From contig CAKPHH010000003.1 in NCBI GenBank assembly GCA_934157235.1, forward strand, positions 39,975 to 103,974: a stretch of 64,000 bases of DNA, written 5' to 3'. Numbering within the stretch: the stretch's first letter is position 1; every line of letters starts with the position of its first letter. Both the position numbers and the translations under genes were made by a program. Source of the DNA: an uncultured Bacilli bacterium (GTDB lineage: Bacteria; Bacillota_I; Bacilli_A; RF39; UBA660). Of this stretch, positions 1-9,614 are shown piece by piece. The notes beneath the pieces were generated by a model. That model did no database searches. It worked only from the letters and a program-made list of their open reading frames with translations, and was not told the origin of the DNA.

Positions 1-163
1 AGAAAACTGGTAATACTTATTTTCACTACGTTGAGTTTATTTTGTGAATTTATTTTGAAATTTTTCATAAGTTTTGTGCCTTTCTCTAGTTTTATTTTTA
101 CAATATTTCTGATAATAAATACTTTTGTTTTTTCTACTATAAACAATGTACAGAGTAAGGATT

Positions 164-186
164 AAAAACTACAGTCGTAGTTTTTT
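164..186 (-). terminator. Rho-independent terminator after the Ca-ATPase gene. A/T runs on both sides make it potentially bidirectional.
   Basis: Stem AAAAACTAC (164-172) / GTAGTTTTT (177-185) with loop AGTC, immediately downstream of the TAG stop at 190-192. Confidence 0.6.
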
Positions 187-189
187 ATT

Positions 190-2826
190 CTATATTTTTC
201 TTTTTATTACTTTATATATTTCCATGATGAAGATTATTATTGTTGATAAGGCAAATAATACTAACATGTGAATTATTGGGATACTTGTTGTTTGTAAGAA
301 TTTACTTAGATATGGGATTTCGCTAAATATTATTTGCAAGAATATGGCACCTAAAATACTAAAGATTATAAGTGGATTAGTCTTTAAAGATACTTTGAAA
401 GCTGATTGTTTTTCACTACGACAATTTAGAACATGCATATTTTGCATAAAGACCATTAGAGTCATTATATAACCTCTAGCAGTATCAATTGGCATATGTA
501 GTTTATTTAATAAGTACATCCAAGTTAGAAAAACAATAATACCGATTGCTAGACCTGATATTAACACTTCACTAGCTAAATCTTTGTTGAATAATGTCTC
601 TTTAGGGTCTCTTGGAGGCTCTTTCATGATATTTGATTCAGCTTTTTCAAAAGATAATGCAAAGTCCTGAAGACCATCTGTTACAATATTTAGCCATAAT
701 AATTGAATAGCAACTAAAGGCATAGGCATATCTAAAATAATAGCTAGCAAGAAGAATAAGACTTCTGCAACTCCACATGATAATAACATATAGCTGATTT
801 TTCGAATATTACTATAGGCATTTCTTCCCTCTTTGATACCTACAACAATAGATTTAAAGTTATCATCTAGAATTATCATAGACGATGTTTCTTTAGCGAC
901 ATCAGTTCCTGATCCCATAGCTATACCAATATTAGCAGACTTGATAGCTGGAGCATCATTGACACCATCACCTGTTACAGCAACAAATTCTCCCTGTCTT
1001 TTTAGTGATTCAACTATTTCTAATTTATTTAGAGGAGTTACTCTAGTAAAAACTTTTTTAGTTTTAATAAATTTGTCAAAAGCTTTTTTACCTTTTTCTA
1101 GATATTCATTTACTTCTTGACCTGTTGTAACTTCTGAATAGTCTTCTACTAGACCTAAATCTTTCGCAATAGAATATGCAGTTAGAGGATGATCTCCTGT
1201 TACCATAATAACTTTTATACCTGCTGTTTTACATTCTTTTATAGATTCCTTAGCTTCTTCTCTAATAGGATCAATAAAGGCAACTAAACCTACAAAGTTT
1301 AAGTCTTTCAAATTATTTTTATCTTTAGAAGTACCATCAGCAATAGCAATTACTCGATAACCTGAACTTGCTAGATCTTCGTTTTGTTTCTTCAATAATT
1401 CTTTATCTATCTTTACTTTTTTATCTTTTACGGTCATAGTAGTACAAAACTCTAAAACTTTTTCTAAAGAACCTTTTATGGTACAATAGTTTTTATCATT
1501 TTCTTTAAAGAAAACAGCAGAGTACTTTTTCTCAGACTCATAATTTATACGATCAGTTATTTCAATATTCTTTATATCTACAGAAGCTTTTAGTCCTAAA
1601 GCTAGGAATGCTATATCAATGGAGTCACCTACTTTTCTGTAAGAATCATCTATTTTTTCTAGAATAGCTTCATTGTTTAAGACACCTAATTTACTTATAT
1701 ATTTAGCATCTTTTAAATTAGAGTTTTCTCTAGAAATTATTTTACCAAGGTCATTATAGCCAGTTCCTTCAATATCAAAAATACTATTATCAGGTAAAAC
1801 TATACGTTTTGCGGTTTGTTCATTTACAGTAAGAGTTCCCGTTTTATCAGAGGCTATGACAGTACAACTTCCTAGACTTTCAACGGAGTTTAGTCTTTTA
1901 ACTACAACATTTTCCTTACTCATTCGATTTGAACCTATGGTTAGGGCCATTGTTAAGGCTAGAGGTAGACCTTCAGGCATTGCTGATACAGATAAAGCAA
2001 TAACCGATAAGAAAATTTCACTACCAGTCGTTCCTTTAGAATATAAAGCTATAGCAATTATAACAGCAACAACAATTACTAAATAAGTTATTTGTTTAGA
2101 AAACTTCTCCATACGAATAGTTAGAGGAGATTTTGTTTCTTCAGTATTATTTACTCTACTAGCTATTTCTCCTATTTCGGTATTAGTTCCTGTTGCGGTT
2201 ACAATGGCTTTAGCTCTTCCTGTTAGAACACTAGTACCGGCATAAAGCATATTTTTTCTTTCTGCTAAAATAACATCTTTAGTTATTGTTGTTTTATCTT
2301 TTTCAACGCTAGTACTTTCACCAGTTAAGATAGATTCATCAATAGATAAATTATTACTTTCAATAAGGCGCATATCAGCACTTATTTTGTCACCAGATTC
2401 TAGTAAGACAATATCTCCTATTACCAAGTCACAGGCATCTATTTCTCTAGTTTGTCCGAACCTTAATATTTTGACTTTTTCTTCTATTAATTTAGCTAGA
2501 GCTTCAACATTTTTATTAGCTTTCCATTCTTGATAAGTTCCCAAAATTAAATCAACAAAAATTATAAAGAGAATGGCTATGCCATCTATCTTTTCATTTA
2601 TTAAAAAAGATACAATACTGGCAAAGAGAAGTAATAAAACGATTGGATCTTTTAATTCTCTAAAAAAGATAGTTAGAATAGAATCTTTTTCTTTTTTTGG
2701 CAATTCATTTTTACCATATTTTTTTAATCTAGCTAAGGCTTCTTCATTAGTTAGACCTTCTTCATTACTTTTTAAGATTTCAAGTACATCTTTAGTATCT
2801 GTACTATGCCATTTTTTTAGTTCCAT
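190..2826 (-). CDS. P2-type (SERCA/PMCA/YloB-like) Ca2+-transporting P-type ATPase
   Basis: Motifs TGES, DKTGTLT (phosphorylation site) and TGDGVNDAPAI (hinge), with about 10 hydrophobic TM blocks. Start moved to Met15 (ATG at 2826) because AGGTGA lies 5 nt upstream. The longer track ORF (to 2868) would overlap the upstream gene by 38 nt. Confidence 0.9.
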   Translation of the reverse strand: MELKKWHSTDTKDVLEILKSNEEGLTNEEALARLKKYGKNELPKKEKDSILTIFFRELKDPIVLLLLFASIVSFLINEKIDGIAILFIIFVDLILGTYQEWKANKNVEALAKLIEEKVKILRFGQTREIDACDLVIGDIVLLESGDKISADMRLIESNNLSIDESILTGESTSVEKDKTTITKDVILAERKNMLYAGTSVLTGRAKAIVTATGTNTEIGEIASRVNNTEETKSPLTIRMEKFSKQITYLVIVVAVIIAIALYSKGTTGSEIFLSVIALSVSAMPEGLPLALTMALTIGSNRMSKENVVVKRLNSVESLGSCTVIASDKTGTLTVNEQTAKRIVLPDNSIFDIEGTGYNDLGKIISRENSNLKDAKYISKLGVLNNEAILEKIDDSYRKVGDSIDIAFLALGLKASVDIKNIEITDRINYESEKKYSAVFFKENDKNYCTIKGSLEKVLEFCTTMTVKDKKVKIDKELLKKQNEDLASSGYRVIAIADGTSKDKNNLKDLNFVGLVAFIDPIREEAKESIKECKTAGIKVIMVTGDHPLTAYSIAKDLGLVEDYSEVTTGQEVNEYLEKGKKAFDKFIKTKKVFTRVTPLNKLEIVESLKRQGEFVAVTGDGVNDAPAIKSANIGIAMGSGTDVAKETSSMIILDDNFKSIVVGIKEGRNAYSNIRKISYMLLSCGVAEVLFFLLAIILDMPMPLVAIQLLWLNIVTDGLQDFALSFEKAESNIMKEPPRDPKETLFNKDLASEVLISGLAIGIIVFLTWMYLLNKLHMPIDTARGYIMTLMVFMQNMHVLNCRSEKQSAFKVSLKTNPLIIFSILGAIFLQIIFSEIPYLSKFLQTTSIPIIHMLVLFALSTIIIFIMEIYKVIKRKI

Positions 2827-2830
2827 ATAA

Positions 2831-4030
2831 TCACCTGTTATTTTTTTGTTTTTTTGATTTTTGTTCAATTAAGTCTTTATAAAGATAATATGCATCATCG
2901 ACCATACTATCCCAACTTTTATATAAATCTCGATAAGCATTTTCTTTTACTTCATTATATAGTTCTTTGTTTTCTAAAATTTCAATTATTTTATTAGAAT
3001 AATCATCAACAGAATCTTTAGATAAATAACCATTTACATTATTAGTTACAGTTTCGGCAGTAGCCGTGTTTTCCAGGAAAACAGTTGGTGTTTTTTGAGA
3101 GGCAGCTTCTATTTGAACAATAGATGAAGAGTCATATTTTGACGGAAAAAGCATAAGATCAGCTCTACTATAGTAATAAGCTAGTTCTTGACGATTGGTT
3201 ATTTTTCCACACATAATTACTTCTTTAGTTAAACCTAATTCAGATATTTTTTTCTTTAACTTATCTTCATCTTGACCAGAGCCTACAAATAACATTTTCC
3301 ATTTTAAATCAGGCTTTTTTATTTTTAGTAGTTTTAATGACTCAACAATAAAAAAAATATTTTTTAAAGTGTTAATTCTACCCACAAATAAAAATACTGT
3401 TTCATTTTCACCTATTTTGTGTTTTTCATTTATAAAGGTGTGTGCTTTTTCAATATCAGAAACCAACTCCATTTCGGTAGCATTGTTCATTACCTTAGGG
3501 AGACACTTATAATGATATTCATCATGAAATATTCTGGCTACTTCATTATTAACAGCCCAACAAGTATCACACTCATTGTATGTTTTAATAAATTTATTAG
3601 TTAGCTTGGTAGCAATATATTCTGATTTAAATGCTTTTTTAAAGTCTTGTTTAAATTGACTATGCATGGTAGCAACACAAGGAATATTATGTCTTTTAGC
3701 ATAATTTAGGCCAATTCTTCCGAGAGCAAATGGGGAGTGAATATGAACAATATCCAATTTATATTTTTCTAGTTCTTGCTTAAATTTAGAATCTACTTTT
3801 GGGATAGGAATGACATAATCTTGAAATAGAAACTTTAGAGATTTACATCTTACAATTTTATAAGGAAAGATGGAATCATCATAAGAAGTTTTTTTATAAT
3901 CAGGAACAAAGACAATGACATTAGCATATTTAGTAAGACGTCTTGCATAATTGTCGACAACCATATATACACCATCTATCATAGGATAATATGAGTCATT
4001 GAATATTCCAATAGTTAGTTTATTATTCAT
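2831..4030 (-). CDS. GT4-family glycosyltransferase. The N-terminus resembles diacylglycerol glucosyltransferase-type glycolipid synthases.
   Basis: N-terminus IGIFNDSYYPMIDGV and a C-terminal GT-B region (FPSKYDSSSIVQIEAASQKTP) are typical of GT4. The specific acceptor is an inference. Confidence 0.75.
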   Translation of the reverse strand: MNNKLTIGIFNDSYYPMIDGVYMVVDNYARRLTKYANVIVFVPDYKKTSYDDSIFPYKIVRCKSLKFLFQDYVIPIPKVDSKFKQELEKYKLDIVHIHSPFALGRIGLNYAKRHNIPCVATMHSQFKQDFKKAFKSEYIATKLTNKFIKTYNECDTCWAVNNEVARIFHDEYHYKCLPKVMNNATEMELVSDIEKAHTFINEKHKIGENETVFLFVGRINTLKNIFFIVESLKLLKIKKPDLKWKMLFVGSGQDEDKLKKKISELGLTKEVIMCGKITNRQELAYYYSRADLMLFPSKYDSSSIVQIEAASQKTPTVFLENTATAETVTNNVNGYLSKDSVDDYSNKIIEILENKELYNEVKENAYRDLYKSWDSMVDDAYYLYKDLIEQKSKKQKNNR

Positions 4031-4046
4031 AGATGTTCCTTCTTTC

Positions 4047-5129
4047 TTATGATTTCTTTTTAGTAGTTATAGTATTTTTAGGCATATAAATACCTAGAAG
4101 AATGTTAAATAGTTTTATCAGTTTATCTTTTGTTTTAGACTTAGCAGGAAGTTCACGAACTAAGTTAATACAAGTAAGAATCTTTTTTATAGTGACAGTT
4201 TCTGTATTGGTAATGTTTGATTTTTCTAAAATAGCGAAGATAGAAGCGACAAATTCTCTTATGTCTTCTTCGGTGTTGTTTTCAAGGAATTCTTTAGTAG
4301 CTTTAGAAAAGTTTAGACTACTTTCGCTTTGGGTAGCAGGTATAAAATAGCTACCAAAACATTGCCATGATATAGCATGATGTTGGAGAATTCCTTTCAT
4401 ACTACTTTGAACTACAAAGTAATTAGGTTCTGAATATAGTAACATACCAATAATACTTACTTCAGGAGTAAATTTCTTAATTTTAGGTAGAAGTTGGCGA
4501 TACTTTTTACTGAGAAATTCTTTTTTTCGCATACCTGGACCATCAAAGTCATAGACAGTTACAATTCTTTGTCTAATATCATCTGTTGTTTCCATAGCCG
4601 CAACAACAGCTAGATTTCCACCTTTTGAGTGACCTCCAACATAAATCTTTTCATGATTTTTAGCTTCATTATTTAGATAATGGATTGCGAGAGTTTGACT
4701 TGGAACAGGAAATTTATTTGATAAATCAAAGTCTTCACGCCAACCAGACATATATTCATTAGTTCCTTCATAGGAAATATAAATCCAATCATTGTAGGAG
4801 AACGTTATAGCACCAAATTGTTTTTCAGTATCAACGACTCTAGAATAATTAAGCATAATAATATCTTTAAAACGTGGAGAACTTTTTACATAGCCTAAAA
4901 GATTATGAGCATACTTATAGACATTCTTTTTACTTTTGATTTTTTCATTTGTTACAACATTAAAATAATTTCTACTAACCTTTTCGATAGTATTAGGTAA
5001 AGTACTAATAACTTCACTGAAATTCAAATATGATAGTTCTGCTAAAATTAGAGCATCAACATCATTGAAAGGAACTTCAGAAAAAGATTTATCTCCATAA
5101 TATTTACAATAATCAATAAAATTTGCCAT
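4047..5129 (-). CDS. Mbeg1-like / DUF2974 alpha/beta-hydrolase (lipase-like)
   Basis: G-x-S-x-G nucleophile elbow GGHSKGGNLA. The N-terminal IDYCKYYGDKSFSEVPF...ALILAELSYL pattern is characteristic of this family. Confidence 0.65.
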   Translation of the reverse strand: MANFIDYCKYYGDKSFSEVPFNDVDALILAELSYLNFSEVISTLPNTIEKVSRNYFNVVTNEKIKSKKNVYKYAHNLLGYVKSSPRFKDIIMLNYSRVVDTEKQFGAITFSYNDWIYISYEGTNEYMSGWREDFDLSNKFPVPSQTLAIHYLNNEAKNHEKIYVGGHSKGGNLAVVAAMETTDDIRQRIVTVYDFDGPGMRKKEFLSKKYRQLLPKIKKFTPEVSIIGMLLYSEPNYFVVQSSMKGILQHHAISWQCFGSYFIPATQSESSLNFSKATKEFLENNTEEDIREFVASIFAILEKSNITNTETVTIKKILTCINLVRELPAKSKTKDKLIKLFNILLGIYMPKNTITTKKKS

Positions 5130-5201
5130 AATACCATCACTCCTATTATCATTATAACATTTAGCAAATAAAAAGATAAAGTATTTTTACTTTACCTTTT
5201 A

Positions 5202-5837
5202 CTATTTATTACAACTTGATGTACAAATGCTTTTTTCACAGTCACGCATCATACATCTTAATTTTTCTTTTAAAGCAGCTAAATCTTCATTCTCCCAATA
5301 CTCGTCTGGTGTTTCATAACCTTTTGTATCCCAAGCAGTTTCATCATCAAAGCCAACTATTTTACCATCTTTAATAGCAATTACTGCTGGTACATAAAGT
5401 CTTTTATTTCCCTCTTCATCATTTTGTAAGTAGTCAGATAATATTTCTACTATTTTTTGATATTCAGTAGTATTATTTTTACGTTCTTCTAAAACATTTA
5501 GGTAATAGATTTTCTCCACTTTCATTTCCTTAGCAATTTCATTCAAATATGGAACATATCCTTTACACCATGGGCATTCTGGAAAACCTAAATAAACAAC
5601 ACCTGTTCCTTTTTCTAAAATATTGATAATTTGTTCTGGATTGCGATAAACAAAAACATTATCAATAACTTTACCAGATTTATCTTTCAACTTATATTCT
5701 TTTGCAAATTTTTCACTATCAGTTAATTTGTTATCTTTATTAGTATCAGTAGACTTATTATTCCTAGGATATAGACAAAGTACGGCTACTGCTGATAAAG
5801 CGATAACTGCTAGTATTATAAATCCTCTTTTTTTCAT
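5202..5837 (-). CDS. Membrane-anchored or exported thioredoxin-fold protein (CPWC active site)
   Basis: N-terminal signal anchor (FIILAVIALSAVAVLCL) and a thioredoxin-like FPECPWCKGYVPYL motif. The last 17 residues carry four further Cys (CMMRDCEKSICTSSC). Confidence 0.65.
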   Translation of the reverse strand: MKKRGFIILAVIALSAVAVLCLYPRNNKSTDTNKDNKLTDSEKFAKEYKLKDKSGKVIDNVFVYRNPEQIINILEKGTGVVYLGFPECPWCKGYVPYLNEIAKEMKVEKIYYLNVLEERKNNTTEYQKIVEILSDYLQNDEEGNKRLYVPAVIAIKDGKIVGFDDETAWDTKGYETPDEYWENEDLAALKEKLRCMMRDCEKSICTSSCNK

Positions 5838-5911
5838 TTTACTTCTCCTTTTCTTTTAATTTACCACTTCAGTTTACTAGATAATTTATACTTTTTCAAT
5901 AAACTTAGAGT

Positions 5912-5940
5912 TGAAAAAAACTCAACGGAAAGTTGAGTTT
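5912..5940 (-). terminator. Rho-independent terminator of the cupin gene
   Basis: Minus strand reads TAA-ACTCAAC-TTTCC-GTTGAGT-TTTTTTC. The hairpin starts at the stop codon and is followed by a U7 run. Confidence 0.75.
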
Positions 5941-6407
5941 AAGTCTTAGTGATATTTATAATACCTTTTTGATAATTAGTTGGAGCGTAAATAGTATATA
6001 GTTTTAAAGGTTTATAACCGATATTGGTAATATTGTGATAAGTACTAGTTGGAATTAGGATAGCATAGTTAGAATTTGTTTCTTTTCTGAAGGATAAATC
6101 ATTTGGAGTTGGTCCTAATTCTACTAGGCCTCTTTCTTCCTTTAGTTTTAGGAATTGATCAACTTTAGGATGAACTTCTAAACCAATATCACTATCAACT
6201 AGAATACTCATTAGAGTTAGTTGAAGATTATTTCTAGTCCAAAGAGTTGTTCTATAGTTTTCATTTTCTTCTGTTCTTTTTTCAATATTAATAGTACTTG
6301 GTATTGGTCCTAAATCAGTTCATATTGTTTCGATACTGATTATGATAATACGAATAAAGTTTATAATAGTTATATGGACTATTATAATTATTTTGGTGAT
6401 AATTCAT
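5939..6407 (-). pseudogene. Cupin-domain protein gene interrupted by a 1-nt frameshift
   Basis: A 30-codon Tyr/Asn-rich ORF (MNYHQNNYNSPYNYYKLYSYYHNQYRNNMN) runs from ATG 6407 to TGA 6315-6317. The cupin body (TDLGPIPSTINIEKRTEENENYRTTLWTRNNLQLTLMSILVDSDIGLEVHP...) is open in the adjacent frame from 6319 but has no start codon until the Met at 6211. Confidence 0.6.
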
Positions 6408-6467
6408 ATTGTTTTTTCCTTTATATAGTTTATTCAGCAAAAGAAAAAAAGCTAAAAAAGAAAAAAA

Positions 6468-6986
6468 TTAATCTTTCATATTTAACTCTTTTTGATATAA
6501 GTTATAATCTTGTTCAGTAAAGCAAGAAAAGATAACATCAATGTTTTCAGAAGAATACTTTTTGACAGCATTAAGAGCAACTTTTACAGCTTCTTCTTTA
6601 GGATAGTGATATATTCCAGTACTAATGCATGGAAAAGCTATAGATACTTTTTCTAGGTTATTTTCTTTTCGATAGTTCTCGGCTAAAAAGAGACTATTTT
6701 TATAACAGTTACTTAAGAGGATTGCTTCATTATGAGTACCATCAAAATAAATTGGTCCAACAGTATGGATTATTCTTTTAGCTTTACAATTATAACCAAG
6801 TGTCATTTTAGCTTCGCCTGTTTCACAACCATTTAATTTACGACATTCTTCTAAAAGTAAGGGACCGGCTTTTTTATGGATTGCTCCATCAACACCAGAA
6901 CCACCTAGTAAAGATTTCTTAGCGGCATTGACAATAATATCAACATCCAAATCAACGATGTTTTCTTTAGTTATAGTAATAGACAT
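6468..6986 (-). CDS. Macro-domain protein (O-acetyl-ADP-ribose deacetylase / ADP-ribose-binding, YmdB-like)
   Basis: IVNAAKKSLLGGSGVDGAIHKKAGP...IIHTVGP...SIAFPCISTGIYHYP is the canonical macro-domain motif set. Confidence 0.85.
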   Translation of the reverse strand: MSITITKENIVDLDVDIIVNAAKKSLLGGSGVDGAIHKKAGPLLLEECRKLNGCETGEAKMTLGYNCKAKRIIHTVGPIYFDGTHNEAILLSNCYKNSLFLAENYRKENNLEKVSIAFPCISTGIYHYPKEEAVKVALNAVKKYSSENIDVIFSCFTEQDYNLYQKELNMKD

Positions 6987-7273
6987 TACTTTTTCTTATC
7001 CTTTTTAATTGGTTCTACTTCAGCTTTTTTAATTTTAGCTTTCTTATTGTTTACTTTTATAGTTTTAGCTGGTTTTTCTTTAGCTTTAGCCTTGGCCTTT
7101 TCTTCTTCAATATCTTTTTTCTCCATAACAGCTCTTACGATGTATAGGCCACCTAAAAAAATTAAAATTACGCCAAAAATATAATATAGAGGTATACTTC
7201 CTTTGATTGCGGCAGCTAGATAAAATATTCCTGCTAGGAAAAATAAAATTGCACAAATAATACTTCTTTTCAT
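6986..7273 (-). CDS. Small 2-TM membrane protein with a Lys/Ala/Glu-rich C-terminal tail
   Basis: Two hydrophobic helices followed by EEKAKAKAKEKPAK...KKDKKK. Its stop overlaps the start of the macro-domain gene. No family recognised. Confidence 0.4.
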   Translation of the reverse strand: MKRSIICAILFFLAGIFYLAAAIKGSIPLYYIFGVILIFLGGLYIVRAVMEKKDIEEEKAKAKAKEKPAKTIKVNNKKAKIKKAEVEPIKKDKKK

Positions 7274-7463
7274 AACTTTCTCCTATTCCTTATTTATTTT
7301 ATTATAGCATAATAACTATTTGTTGCATATTCAAAGTTTATAAAATATCATGTACTAAAAATTATACTTTGAAGTAATTTTGTTATATTTTTAGCAAATT
7401 ATTACGCCATAGCGTATTTTTTTATTGTTTTATTGATTTATTACACTAGTAAAAAAGAAGTCC

Positions 7464-9281
7464 TTATGAGACTTTCTTCCACATTATTGTTAAAACATTT
7501 AAGATTGCTAGTAAAGTTACACCAACATCGGCAAAGACTGCCATCCAGATTGTACTTATACCAAATATTCCTAATAATAAAACAATAAACTTTACGATAA
7601 GAGCAAAAATAATACTTTCTTTTGTTTTACGTTTAGTTAGTTTAGAAATGTTATGGGCAACTTTTATTTTAGATAAGTCATCTTCCATAATAACAATGTC
7701 ACTAGCTTCGATAGCTGCATCACTACCAAGACTACCCATAGAAACACCAATATCTGATGTTTTAATGACTGGAGCATCGTTGATACCATCACCAATAAAC
7801 ATAACTAGTCCTTGTTTTTGATATTCTTTTATTTTTTCTACTTTATCGATTGGTAAAAGATTGTTGTAGTAAGTATTTATTTTTACTTCATGAGCAATTT
7901 CTTTAGTTATATCTTCATTATCTCCTGATAAAATCATGATATCTTTAAAATCTTCTTTTAGGGAACTAAGAGCATAACTACTTGTCTTTATACGATCTGA
8001 TATAACAATATATCCGGAATATTCATTATTAATAGAAACATAAATAATAGTACCTATAGCTTTTTCATTAGGTAATTCTATTTTGTTTTCTTCCATTAGT
8101 TTTTTATTACCAATTAATAGTTCTTTATTTTTTATAGTACAAGAAATACCTTTACCAGAATATTCTTTATGATTAGTAGATTTTTCTAATGGTTCTTTAC
8201 AATAATTAACTATAGCCTTAGCAATAGGATGGATTGAATTTGCTTCAGCTGAGGCAACTAAAGTTATAAATTCTTTTTCTTTTAGAGTTTTACTTTCGAC
8301 TTTAGTTACTTCAAAAACACCTTCAGTAATAGTACCAGTTTTATCTAAGGCAAGGTAGTCAATATCTGCTAAAGATTCTAGTTCTCTACTACCCTTTATT
8401 AAGATTCCTTCTTTACTAGCTCTACCAATACCTGAGAAATACCCTAGTGGTACTGATATAACTAAAGCACAAGGACATGAAGTTACTAAAAATACTAAGG
8501 CTCTATAAATCCAAGTCTTGAAATCTCCTACTATTAGAGATGGAACTATAGCGATAATAAGAGCAGATATAACGACTACTGGAGTATATATTTTAGAGAA
8601 TTTACGAATAAAGTTTTCAGTATTAGTTTTCTTGTTATTGGAGTTTTCAATTAAATCGATTATTTTATTAGCAGTAGATGTTTTATAAGTAGATGTAGCT
8701 TTTACTTTTAAAATTGAATCTTTATTGATTGATCCTGAGATAACTTGATCATCGATGGTTGCTTTTCTTGGAGTTGATTCTCCAGTTAGAGAAGATGTAT
8801 CTAAGTAACTTGTTCCTTCGATAACAATTCCATCTAGGGGAACTTTTTCTCCTGGTAAGACAACAAAGATGTCATCTACTTTAGCTTTTTTAATAGATAC
8901 TCTTTCTATTTCATCATCTTTAAATAAATTAACTGTTTCACTACGTAAGTCCATTAATTTAGTAATAGATTTTTTACTACTTGCAACAGCAGCATCTGAT
9001 AAGTATTCACCTGTTTCAAATAAAAGCATAACCATTACGGCTTCCATATAACTACCAATAGCGAAAGCTCCTAGAGTTGCGATAATCATAAGGAAGTTTT
9101 CATTAAAAATATCTTTTTCTTTTAAGTTTTCGAAAGCCTCAATATATATTTCATGACTTATAAATACATAACTCACTACTAAGACTATTGTTTTGATTGA
9201 AGTTGGTAGAAAAAGAGCAATTATAAAAAGTAGTGTACTTATAATTATTCTTATTAAGTCTTCATTTAAAACTTTTTTCAT
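7464..9281 (-). CDS. P1B-type heavy-metal ATPase (Zn/Cd/Pb-type signature) lacking an N-terminal metal-binding domain
   Basis: Motifs SCPCALVISVP (TM6 CPC), DKTGTIT, SIHPIAKAI (HP) and GDGINDAPV. A Lys in the TM7 region (LIVKFIV) and ADVG in TM8 fit the Zn/Cd subgroup. No CxxC HMA domain precedes the first TM. Confidence 0.85.
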   Translation of the reverse strand: MKKVLNEDLIRIIISTLLFIIALFLPTSIKTIVLVVSYVFISHEIYIEAFENLKEKDIFNENFLMIIATLGAFAIGSYMEAVMVMLLFETGEYLSDAAVASSKKSITKLMDLRSETVNLFKDDEIERVSIKKAKVDDIFVVLPGEKVPLDGIVIEGTSYLDTSSLTGESTPRKATIDDQVISGSINKDSILKVKATSTYKTSTANKIIDLIENSNNKKTNTENFIRKFSKIYTPVVVISALIIAIVPSLIVGDFKTWIYRALVFLVTSCPCALVISVPLGYFSGIGRASKEGILIKGSRELESLADIDYLALDKTGTITEGVFEVTKVESKTLKEKEFITLVASAEANSIHPIAKAIVNYCKEPLEKSTNHKEYSGKGISCTIKNKELLIGNKKLMEENKIELPNEKAIGTIIYVSINNEYSGYIVISDRIKTSSYALSSLKEDFKDIMILSGDNEDITKEIAHEVKINTYYNNLLPIDKVEKIKEYQKQGLVMFIGDGINDAPVIKTSDIGVSMGSLGSDAAIEASDIVIMEDDLSKIKVAHNISKLTKRKTKESIIFALIVKFIVLLLGIFGISTIWMAVFADVGVTLLAILNVLTIMWKKVS

Positions 9282-9577
9282 TACATTACCTCCGATATAT
9301 GTTCTAAGCCATATTTTAAAATTATTTTTATATGATCATCACTTATACTGTAATATACATTCTTCCCTATTTTATCGGTTTTTACTAAATTAGATGCACG
9401 TAAGTTTTTTAATTGGTGTGAAATTGCGGATTGAGTCATATCAAGTAGTTCACTTATTTCATTTACACATAATGGTTTATTTAAAAGTGCATCTAAAATT
9501 CTTAGTCTTGTTTGGTCCCCAAATATCTTATAGAACTCACTAAGACCATATAAAAGTTCTTTACTATGCAGTTTCAT
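9281..9577 (-). CDS. ArsR/SmtB-family metalloregulator (CadC/CzrA-like)
   Basis: Winged-HTH pattern FKIFGDQTRLRILDALLNKPLCVNEISELLDMTQSAISHQLKNLR. Its stop overlaps the ATPase start at 9281. Confidence 0.85.
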   Translation of the reverse strand: MKLHSKELLYGLSEFYKIFGDQTRLRILDALLNKPLCVNEISELLDMTQSAISHQLKNLRASNLVKTDKIGKNVYYSISDDHIKIILKYGLEHISEVM

Positions 9578-9590
9578 AATTCACCTCTAC

Positions 9591-9610
9591 ATATGATTAA
9601 TTGTTCATAT
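9591..9610. promoter_or_regulatory. Candidate ArsR-family operator (imperfect palindrome ATATGAT-TAATTG-TTCATAT)
   Basis: Inverted repeat read directly from the sequence. It lies between the predicted -10 box and the RBS of the ArsR gene, and its half-sites resemble the ATATGAA/TTCATAT arms of SmtB/ArsR 12-2-12 operators. Confidence 0.45.
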
Positions 9611-9614
9611 ATTC

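Noticed and set aside
1-69. Possible 5' end of a minus-strand ORF (MKNFKINSQNKLNVVKISITSF...) starting at about 69 and running off the left edge.
   Set aside because: Only ~23 codons are visible, the RBS is weak and no motif is present. It cannot be supported from this window.
6311-6325. Possible programmed +1 frameshift (prfB-like, AAC UGA U) joining the two cupin gene pieces.
   Set aside because: The P-site codon AAC cannot re-pair in the +1 frame (ACU). No Shine-Dalgarno-like stimulator lies 3 nt upstream. A mutation or sequencing indel is the simpler explanation.
7323-7423. Candidate plus-strand small RNA between the 95-aa gene and the heavy-metal ATPase gene. It has TTGCAT-17-TATCAT promoter-like hexamers and a TACGC-CATA-GCGTA hairpin followed by T7.
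   Set aside because: The stem is only 5 bp. Promoter-like hexamers arise by chance in sequence this AT-rich. The region also has to hold the divergent promoter of the 95-aa/macro operon and the ATPase terminator. Support is too weak without RNA-seq data.
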